Part shown: positions 17,663 through 25,300 of the stretch, piece by piece | How positions within the stretch are numbered: position 1 is the stretch's first letter | Layout of the letters: every line of letters starts with the position of its first letter | Assembly (NCBI GenBank): GCA_005879785.1 | Contig: VBJV01000045.1 | Span: forward strand, 1-46,326 | Origin: Chloroflexota bacterium | Lineage (GTDB): Bacteria > Chloroflexota > Dormibacteria > Aeolococcales > Aeolococcaceae | Length of the DNA: 46,326 bases | Direction of reading: 5' to 3' | The notes under the pieces: generated by a model | Database searches by the model: none | What the model was told of the DNA's origin: nothing | Seen by the model: the letters and a program-made list of their open reading frames with translations, nothing else | Translations under genes and position numbers: made by a program

Positions 17663-20010
17663 TGCGTCGCTGGAGCAGGCTGCAGAGCGACGGCGGCCGC
17701 ACGGCGCTGTACGGACTGGCCGCGCTGCTGTGCGTGCTCACGCCGCTGCTGCTGGCGACCGGTGCGCCACCCGTGCTGCGCGGACCGGTGACGCTGCTGT
17801 TCTTCTGCCTGGCGCCCGGGTGCGCTGTGGCTGCGGTCGTCCGGCTGCGCAGCCCGGCCGCGGAGATCGCGCTCGTCGTCGGGGCCAGCCTGGCGAGCGT
17901 GACGCTGCTCGCGCAGCTGATGCTCACGATCCATTTCCGCAACCTCGGGATTGCCACCGTGCTGCTGGCGGAGCTGAGCTTCGTGGCGCTCATGCGTCAT
18001 TTCTGGATCAGCAACGGGCGCAGCATGCCGCGCCGGGCCGCAATGCGGCGTGCGCGGGCCCGCGCCAACGCGCTCGTTGTCTACACGCTGCTGCTCACCG
18101 CGGCGATCGCTCCGTGGATGGGATCGGTGCGGCCCGCATGGGGTACCAGGCCCGCCCGCCGGCCGGCGGCGAGACCACGCGTGGTGCCACAGGCAAGCGA
18201 ACGCCGACGGGTGACACGCGCGCAGCTGGTGCACCCGCTGGCGCTGTGCGCCGCGTTCGTCGTGTGGCTGCTCGCGCTCCCGCAGGTGACCGTCGGCTCG
18301 TTCTCCGGTATCGGGCTCGTGGCCACGCTGCCGGTCACCTACTACGTCGCTCTCGGCCTGCTGCTGGCCGGCTTCGCTGTGGCCGTCATGAAGCTGCAGC
18401 CGCGGCAGTGGATCCTCGCCATGTACATCGCGCTGCTCGTTCTCGTGCTGCACGGGACCACCGCGGCGCTGTATCCGGAGCCGCGCTACACGTGGCTCTA
18501 CAAGCACCTTGGGGTCATCGACTACATCGCCGTGCACGGCACCAACAACGTCGCCGTCGACATCTATCAGAACTGGCCTGGATTCTTCGCCCTGAACGCA
18601 TGGTTCAGCGCAGTTGCGGGCTGGAAGCCCATCAACTACGCAGCCTGGGCACCGGTGTTCTTCGAGCTCGCCAACGTCGCCGCACTCGTGTTCGCCCTGC
18701 GGGGGCTGACCCAGCAGATGCGGCACATCTGGATTGCCTGCTGGATCTTCGTCTGGGCCAACTGGGTTGGACAGGATTACCTGTCCCCACAGGCCTTCGG
18801 TTTTTTCGAGGGCCTCATCGTCATCGGTGTCGTGCTGCGCTGCTCGCCGCGCAACGGGCGAACCGGCTCGTGGATCGGCGCGCGTATGGCGCGCTTGGTG
18901 ATGCGGCTGAAGCGGCGCGTGATCGAGGGACGCAGCGTCACCGAGTCGCGTCCGGCGGCGCCCCTGGTGCCGCTGGCGGCGCTGGCGGTGGGCGGCGTGT
19001 GCTTCCTGGCGACCGTGGTCAGCCATCAGCTCACGCCCTTCATGCTCTGCGCGCTGGTCGCCGCCCTGACCGCGCTGCGCTGGTGCCGTTCCGCGTGGAT
19101 ACCGCTGCAGATGACGCAGGCCGTGGTGGCCTGGCTGCTGCTGGCCTGGCCGTTCGTGTCGGCGCACTTCCAGCTGTTCAGTCCAGATCTGGCCACAACT
19201 GCCGCGCCGCCCGGTGCGTCGTACGGCGAGGCTCCAGGGGCTGCGCTGGTGCGCCTCAGCGAGAGCCTGGTCGTCGCACTGGTCGTTGCGCTGGCGGTGG
19301 TCGGTGCGGTGATGCGGCTCAGGGCCCGGCACTGGGACATCGCGGTGGCCGCTCTGGCGGTGGCTCCGTTCCTGGTGGGAGCCGCCCAGTCGTACGGCGG
19401 CGAGGCGATGCTTCGCGCCTATCTCTTCGCGCTGCCGTGGCTCTGCTTCCTCGCCGCAGCCGCGGTCCTGGCCGGTGCCGGCGCGCTCGCGCGTCTGCGC
19501 CTGCAGGCGCGACGGCGCATGGTCCTGGCGGGCGTGACGCTGGCCGTCGGCATCCCCTTCCTCTTCGCCTACTACGGCCACGAGTCGGTGAACTTCGTCA
19601 CTCCCGACGACGTTGCCGTGAACCAGTGGACGGGCGCGCACGCGCCGGCCGGTTCCATCGTCGGGTTCGTGGCCGCCAACTCGCCGGCGCGCCTCGACGC
19701 GCGCTATGCGGACATGAGCGTGGGCGACCCACCCACCACGCTCACGCTCGACAGGGCGCTGCTGGGCCATCGCTTCGGGCCTCGCGACCTCTCGCACGTC
19801 GAGCAGCTGCTGGCGGCGCCGCACGGCAGTGCCCGGTACCTGGTGCTGAGCCCCAGTCAAGCCAACTACCTGCGTTACTACGGCCTGGTCCCACCCGGGT
19901 GGACGGGCCAGCTCGAGGCGGCCCTGGCTGCCTCCCCGGACTTCAGGCCGGTGTTCGCCAGCGGACCGGCGAAGGTGTACCAGCTCGTCGCGGAGTTCCC
20001 CGATGGATGA
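17662..20010 (+). CDS. large polytopic membrane protein of the glycan operon (possible GT-C-type transferase/polymerase)
   Basis: 782 aa from ATG 17662 (TGATG overlap with the flippase stop). It has more than 12 hydrophobic spans and a soluble C-terminal domain of about 150 aa. I do not recognise the family; the function is inferred from context only. Confidence 0.65.
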   Translation: MRRWSRLQSDGGRTALYGLAALLCVLTPLLLATGAPPVLRGPVTLLFFCLAPGCAVAAVVRLRSPAAEIALVVGASLASVTLLAQLMLTIHFRNLGIATVLLAELSFVALMRHFWISNGRSMPRRAAMRRARARANALVVYTLLLTAAIAPWMGSVRPAWGTRPARRPAARPRVVPQASERRRVTRAQLVHPLALCAAFVVWLLALPQVTVGSFSGIGLVATLPVTYYVALGLLLAGFAVAVMKLQPRQWILAMYIALLVLVLHGTTAALYPEPRYTWLYKHLGVIDYIAVHGTNNVAVDIYQNWPGFFALNAWFSAVAGWKPINYAAWAPVFFELANVAALVFALRGLTQQMRHIWIACWIFVWANWVGQDYLSPQAFGFFEGLIVIGVVLRCSPRNGRTGSWIGARMARLVMRLKRRVIEGRSVTESRPAAPLVPLAALAVGGVCFLATVVSHQLTPFMLCALVAALTALRWCRSAWIPLQMTQAVVAWLLLAWPFVSAHFQLFSPDLATTAAPPGASYGEAPGAALVRLSESLVVALVVALAVVGAVMRLRARHWDIAVAALAVAPFLVGAAQSYGGEAMLRAYLFALPWLCFLAAAAVLAGAGALARLRLQARRRMVLAGVTLAVGIPFLFAYYGHESVNFVTPDDVAVNQWTGAHAPAGSIVGFVAANSPARLDARYADMSVGDPPTTLTLDRALLGHRFGPRDLSHVEQLLAAPHGSARYLVLSPSQANYLRYYGLVPPGWTGQLEAALAASPDFRPVFASGPAKVYQLVAEFPDG

Positions 20011-20626
20011 GCGCGCCCGCCGGCTGGTGCGGCACGGCTACCGCCGGCTCGCGCGCTCGCCCATGCGGCTGGCGTGCGACTCGCGGCTGGTCACCCGCTT
20101 GATGATGCCCTTCCTGGAGATGAGCGCCACCGATGTGCTCGGCGTGCTTCAGGCCTGTGCCGGGGCGGGGATACAGGGCTGGATCGGAGGCGGCTGGGGG
20201 GTCGACGCGCTCATCGGCCGCCAGTCACGGCGGCACGGCGACCTCGACCTGATCATCGCCGACGACCCGTGGATCGTCGGTACCGCGCATCGCGTCATCT
20301 GCAGCCTGGGGCTGGAGTATCTGATGGAGCGCCGCACCGCGACGCTCGTGCCGCGGCGGATGCGCTTCGCCGGCGAGGACGGGCGCAGCATCGACCTGCT
20401 GCCGGTCGACCTCGAGGCGCCGCCGTTCGACCACTCGGACGCAAATGCCCCGCCGTTCGCGATGGGCCTGATCGCCGGCCGGCCCGTGCCGTGCCTCAGC
20501 GAGCGCCTGCAGCGAAGGCTGCACGCCGGCTACCCGCACCGTCCCGTCGACGGCAGGGACCTGGTTCGCCTCAACCAGCACGTCTCCGGGGCTGCCCCCG
20601 CGCCGGCTTCAGGCAGCGCCCAGTGA
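20003..20626 (+). CDS. nucleotidyltransferase-fold protein, ANT(2'')/aminoglycoside-adenylyltransferase-like
   Basis: WIGGGWGVDALIGRQSRRHGDLDL and GLIAGRPVPC closely parallel LWIGGGWAIDARLGRVTRKHDDIDL and GVIAGRPVRC of ANT(2'')-Ia as I recall it. The start overlaps the upstream gene by 8 nt. Confidence 0.75.
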   Translation: MDERARRLVRHGYRRLARSPMRLACDSRLVTRLMMPFLEMSATDVLGVLQACAGAGIQGWIGGGWGVDALIGRQSRRHGDLDLIIADDPWIVGTAHRVICSLGLEYLMERRTATLVPRRMRFAGEDGRSIDLLPVDLEAPPFDHSDANAPPFAMGLIAGRPVPCLSERLQRRLHAGYPHRPVDGRDLVRLNQHVSGAAPAPASGSAQ

Positions 20627-21171
20627 GCCCCGTGGTGTCGGCGCGGCGCGTGGCCGGCAACACTTCGTCGGGCGGCCACAGCGTGCTTCTGGTGCCCATT
20701 ACGCTGCCTCGGGGCGTGCTCCGGCAGCTGCCGGGGATGGCGCGTCACGTCTGGCCAGCGGTGCCCTTGCACGTGACGCTGCTGTACCCGTTCGTTGCGC
20801 CCCGAGCGTTCGATGAGGACCTCATGTCCTCGATCGAGGCTGTGCTCAGCAGGCATCCCTCGTTCACCTTCCGGCTCGCCAGGCTGGCCACCTTCCCCGG
20901 CATCCTGTACCTGCAGCCGGAGCCTGCGGAGCCGTTCGTGGCAGTCATCAGCGACCTGGAGCGGACCTGGCCCGAGTACCCGCGCTACGGCGGGCTCTTC
21001 GACGCAGCAGTTCCCCACGTGACGATCGCCAAGGGCTGGCGCGCCCGCCGCCCGCACGCACGGGTCGCCGCGCATCTGCCGCTGAGCTTTCGGGCCGGGC
21101 ACGTCGAGCTCTGGCACAAGGGCCAGTGGTCGCCCTGGCGTCTGGACCGCCGGTTCCCGCTGAGTGGCTGA
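20623..21171 (+). CDS. 2H phosphoesterase superfamily protein (LigT / 2'-5' RNA ligase-like)
   Basis: Two HxT/S motifs at the expected spacing (PLHVTLLYPF and VPHVTIAKG). GTG 20623 overlaps the upstream stop (GTGA), but the exact start is uncertain. Confidence 0.7.
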   Translation: MSPVVSARRVAGNTSSGGHSVLLVPITLPRGVLRQLPGMARHVWPAVPLHVTLLYPFVAPRAFDEDLMSSIEAVLSRHPSFTFRLARLATFPGILYLQPEPAEPFVAVISDLERTWPEYPRYGGLFDAAVPHVTIAKGWRARRPHARVAAHLPLSFRAGHVELWHKGQWSPWRLDRRFPLSG

Positions 21172-21198
21172 AAGGGCCTCCGCGCGGCGCCTTGACGG

Positions 21199-21810
21199 CT
21201 AGCGGCGGACGGCGCCGCGGCGCCTGACCACGGCCAGGACGATCAGCACGTTCACGACGGCGATCAGCGAGAACCAGGAGAAGGGGACATTGGCGGGCAG
21301 CGGACTGCCGGCCTGGCCGATCGACAGGGATCCGGGGACGACGGGTGGCTCGACGACCGCCGAGAGCGGGTCGCGATCAGCCGTGACGGTTGGGCGGCCG
21401 GTCCCGGCGGGCGCGGCACCCGCGCCAGAGGCGACCGCCTGCGGGGCGCGAACGGCCGTCGCCACGGTGAGCACAGCCGCCGCAGCTTGGTGCTGCCGGC
21501 TGGTGTGGGCGTGAATGGAGCCGGCCGGGGCCAGCACCGCAGTGGTGATGGCGAGGACGCCGCTCACGGCGGCTGGCGCCGGGGCGGGCGGCCCGAGGAC
21601 AGTGCCGGTCGCCGCGGGCAGCTTCGTGCCCTTCACGTGGTGCGCGTCCACATGCTTGGGAGCCTCGATATGCACGTGGATTGGTGCTGTCTGGTGCACG
21701 TGAACATGCAGCGCGGCGGCCGCCGGGCATGGCGCCATCGCCAGGGCGAAGGGCACGGCGAGGCCGAGCGCGAGCGTTCGCTTGCGGAGCCGATCCGTTC
21801 CTGTGCTCAT
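21199..21810 (-). CDS. His-rich secreted protein with C-terminal membrane anchor
   Basis: From ATG 21810 (GGGGGA upstream): signal peptide RKRTLALGLAVPFALAMAPCPAAAA, His cluster HVHVHQTAPIHVHIEAPKHVDAHHV, an Ala/Pro-rich region, and a C-terminal TM plus RRRGAVRR tail. Confidence 0.55.
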   Translation of the reverse strand: MSTGTDRLRKRTLALGLAVPFALAMAPCPAAAALHVHVHQTAPIHVHIEAPKHVDAHHVKGTKLPAATGTVLGPPAPAPAAVSGVLAITTAVLAPAGSIHAHTSRQHQAAAAVLTVATAVRAPQAVASGAGAAPAGTGRPTVTADRDPLSAVVEPPVVPGSLSIGQAGSPLPANVPFSWFSLIAVVNVLIVLAVVRRRGAVRR

Positions 21811-21931
21811 TTCCCCCACTCCCGGCTGGCAGCAGATGCTGAGGGCTTTCGCGGGTCCCGCCACACGCGCCTACAACACTAGAAAGCGTCAAACAGCCCA
21901 AAACTTGCGGGTCAACGCAGCCGGAGCGGCG

Positions 21932-24347
21932 TCACGCGTCGAAGGAACCGGCCGCGCCCACACCCGCGAAAGAGGCAACTCGATCGCCGTCGTCGAGCCG
22001 CATGATGATCACGCCCCGGGTCTGGCGGCCGGAGATGCGCACCTCCTCGAGGGGGATGCGGATCACCTGGCCGTTGGTCGAGATGACCATCAGCTCCTCG
22101 GAGAGGTCCTCGACCACGCGCATGCCGACGATCTCGCCGATCTTCGGAATCGCCGTCTGATCGACCGTGTACACGCCCTGGATGTTGCGGCTCTTCACCG
22201 GGTAGTCGGTCATCGGCGTGAGCTTGCCGAAGCCGTTCTCGGTGACCACGAGCACGTGCCCGTTGGGATTGACGATGTCGAAGCCGGCGACCTCGTCGCT
22301 CTTGCGCAGCCGGATGGCGCCGACACCCATGGTGTCGCGCCCCATCGGGCGCACCTCTTTCTCGGTGAAGCGCGAGCCCTTGCCCTGGCGCGTGACCACG
22401 AGCACCTGGTCGCCGCCCGACGACCGGCGCACCCAGTTGAGCTCGTCGCCGTCCTGCAGGTTGATGGCGATGAGGCCGTTGCGCCGCACCGACGCGTAGG
22501 CCGCCGCCGGCGTCTTCTTGATCTGGCCGAGCTTGGTCACCATCACCAGGTACTTCGCCCTGCTCGACCTCGATCAGGTTGATGACGGGGATGCCCTTCG
22601 CCTGCCGTTTGACGTCGGGGATCTCGTGCGTGCGGATGCGGAAGACGCGCCCGCGGTTGGTGAAGAACAGCATGTCGCTGTGCGTGCTCGCGGTCGTGGA
22701 GTGCTCGATGTAGTCCTCGTCGGTCGAGCGCCGCGCACCCACCACGCCTTTGCCGCCGCGCCGCTGCGACTTGTACGCATCCAGGGGCAGCCGTTTGACG
22801 TAGCCGCGGTGGGTGAGGGTGACGAAGACCTGCTCCTGCGGGATGAGGTCCTCCTCGTTCATCTCCACCTCGTCGAGGCGGATCTCGGTGCGGCGGGGCG
22901 CGGCGAACTTCTTGCGCAGCCCGGTGATCTCGTCCTTGACGATGCCGTCGATGAGGCGGGGGTTGGCCAGGATGTCCTCGAGCTGCGCGATGCGCTTGAT
23001 CAGCTCCTCGTATTCCTCGCGCAGCCTGCCGCTCTCCAGCCGGGTGAGCCGCCCCAGCCGCAGGTCGACGATCGCCTTGGACTGCCGTTCGGTCAGCTCG
23101 AAGCGCTGCTCCAGCGCCGCCTGCGCCGACTTCTCGTCGCTGGCGCCGCGGATGATCGCGATCACCTCCTCGATGTGGTCGAGGCACTTGATCAGCCCTT
23201 CGAGAATGTGGGCGCGATCCTTGGCGCGCTCCAGCTCGTGCCGGGTGCGCCGTGTCACCACGCTGCGGCGGTGGTCGATGTAGTGCTGCAGCAGCGCCTT
23301 CAGGCCGAGCACCTGCGGGCGCCCGTCGACGATGGCCAGCATCAGCGCGCCGTAGGTCATCTGCAGCTGTGAGTGCTTGTAGAGGTTGTTGAGCACCGTG
23401 TACGGCCGCGCGGTGGGTTTCAGCTCGATGACCAGTCGCGTCTTCTGGTCGCGGCCGGATTCGTCGCGCAGGTCGGCGATCCCCTCCAGCTTGCGGTCGT
23501 TGACCAGCTCGGCGATGGTCTGCACCAGGCGAGCCTTGTTCACCTGGTAGGGGAGCTCGTGCACGATGATCTGCTCACGCCCTGACTTCGACTCCTCGAA
23601 GTCCACTCGCGCACGCATGACGATGCGGCCGTGGCCCGTGCCGTACGCGGTGGCGATGTCGCGCGCGTAGATGATGCCGCCGGTGGGGAAGTCGGGCCCG
23701 CGCACGATGCGGATGAGGTCCTCTGTGGTCGCCTCCGGGTCGTCGATGAGGCGGATGGCCGCGTCGCACACCTCACCGAGGTTGTGGGGCGGGATGTTGG
23801 TGGCCATGCCCACCGCGATGCCACTCGCTCCGTTGACGAGCAGGTTGGGCATCAGGGCAGGCAGCACCAGCGGCTCGCGCACGTCGGGATCGTTGGAGTA
23901 GTTCGGGCCGAAGTCGACCGTTTCCTTCTCGATGTCCTCGAGCAGGCTCATGGCGATCGCGGTCATGCGCGCCTCGGTGTAACGCTGGTGCGCGGGAGGG
24001 TCGCCGTCGACGGAGCCGAAGTTGCCCTGACCGTCGACGAGCGGATAGCGCATCACCCAGTCCTGGGCCAGGCGGACCAGGGTGTCGTACACGGGCGCGT
24101 CGCCGTGCGGGTGGTAGTTCTTGATCACCTCGCAGACGATGGCGGCGCACTTCTTGTAGCGCGCTCCGGCCGTCATGCCCTGGTCGAGCATGGCCCAGAG
24201 GATGCGCCGCTGCACCGGCTTGAGCCCGTCACGCACGTCGGGCAGGGCGCGGCTGATGATCACGCTCATCGCGTAATCCATGTAGGAGGCGCGCATCTCC
24301 TGCTCGAGCTCGATCGGGTGGATCTGCCCGGGTTCGAAGACGGCCAT
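21932..24347 (-). pseudogene. gyrA: DNA gyrase subunit A, frame broken near 22553
   Basis: The N-terminal ~598 codons (24347 down to ~22554) carry YHPHGD and the catalytic RYTEARM. The C-terminal beta-pinwheel continues in another frame (YLVMVTKLGQIKKT... to stop 21932). About 15-17 residues normally found between ...EVEQGE and YLV... are absent. Confidence 0.85.
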
Positions 24348-25300
24348 TACGCCGACACTCCGGTGGGCTGCGCGGGTTGCGGCGACGGCGTCTTCGACAC
24401 GGCGCGCGCGATGACGCCGGAGACGCCGCGTTCGCGCGCGCGCGCCGCCACGCGGATGGCGTTCAGCGTGGCCTCCGCATCCGACCGCCCGTGGGCGATC
24501 ACCACCTCGCCCGCCACCCCGAGCAGCAGCGCGCCGCCCAGCTTGCCGCCTAACGACGTGCGCGCCTCGCGGCTGATGCTGGCGAAGAGGAACTCCCCGA
24601 CGCCCTCGGCCACCTTGAGCGCGATGTTGCCGGTGAAGCCGTCGGTGACGACTACGTCACACGCGCCGCGGAAGATGTCCTTGCCCTCGACGTTGCCCGT
24701 GAACTGCACCGGCATCGCCGCGATCAGGGTGTGCGCAGCCTGCACCAGCTCCGAGCCCTTCTCGGATTCCTCGCCGTTGCTGAGCAGCGCGACGCGAGGC
24801 GCATCGATGCCCAGCATCTCGCGCGCGTACACGTGTCCCATGAGCGCGAACTGGGCCAGCCATTCGGGCTTGCAGTCGGTGTTGGCGCCGACGTCGAGCA
24901 CGAAGGTCTGCCCGGACTCGCTGGGGAACGACGCACCGATGGCCGGCCTGGCGACGCCGGCGATGCGCTTCAGGGCGAACAGCGCGGCAGCCAGGGTGGC
25001 GCCGCTGTTGCCGGCGCTCACCAGCGCGCCTGCCTTGCCGCCGGCCACCAGCTCGGCGGCGCGCACGATCGACGAATCCCGCTTGGCGCGCACCGCGCCG
25101 GCAGGATGCTCGTGCATCTCGACCACCTCGCGCGCGTCCACCACCTCGAGCTGCGCGCCGCCCAGCAAGGGGTCGATCTGCTCGCGCTGGCCGACCAGCG
25201 ATACGGCGATCCCCTCGTGCGCGGCGCGCAGCGCGCCCTGCACGATCTCCGCCGGCGCGTTGTCACCGCCCATGACATCGACGGCAACCGGCAGCGGCAT
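24347..25300 (-). CDS. plsX: phosphate acyltransferase PlsX (apparently carrying a ~20-residue internal deletion)
   Basis: VDVMGGDNAP, SAGNSGA, VLDVGAN, VVTDGFTGNIALK, and IAHGRS motifs. 1-nt overlaps link it to gyrB (TGATG) and gyrA (TAATG). Confidence 0.85.
   Translation of the reverse strand: MPLPVAVDVMGGDNAPAEIVQGALRAAHEGIAVSLVGQREQIDPLLGGAQLEVVDAREVVEMHEHPAGAVRAKRDSSIVRAAELVAGGKAGALVSAGNSGATLAAALFALKRIAGVARPAIGASFPSESGQTFVLDVGANTDCKPEWLAQFALMGHVYAREMLGIDAPRVALLSNGEESEKGSELVQAAHTLIAAMPVQFTGNVEGKDIFRGACDVVVTDGFTGNIALKVAEGVGEFLFASISREARTSLGGKLGGALLLGVAGEVVIAHGRSDAEATLNAIRVAARARERGVSGVIARAVSKTPSPQPAQPTGVSA

Noticed and set aside
17269-19860. 863-aa reverse-strand ORF. The same applies to 312-1559(-), 5395-6885(+), 8779-10101(-), 23631-25343(+), 25330-27249(+), 28077-30116(-) and 44344-45957(+).
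   Set aside because: These are antisense shadow ORFs of confident genes. Their translations are dominated by Arg, Ala, Gly and His/Pro runs with no motifs. Their codon third positions are not G/C-enriched, whereas the opposite-strand genes show clear family motifs.
16342-20010. Single 1222-aa ORF in the track, spanning the flippase and the large membrane protein
   Set aside because: It is a composite. Only its first 108 codons and its last 782 codons look like protein. The stretch from about 16712 to 17661 in this frame is Arg/Ala/Pro-rich nonsense, while frame 2 there encodes a clean multi-TM flippase C-terminus that ends at 17662. An open frame of this length is expected by chance at this GC content.
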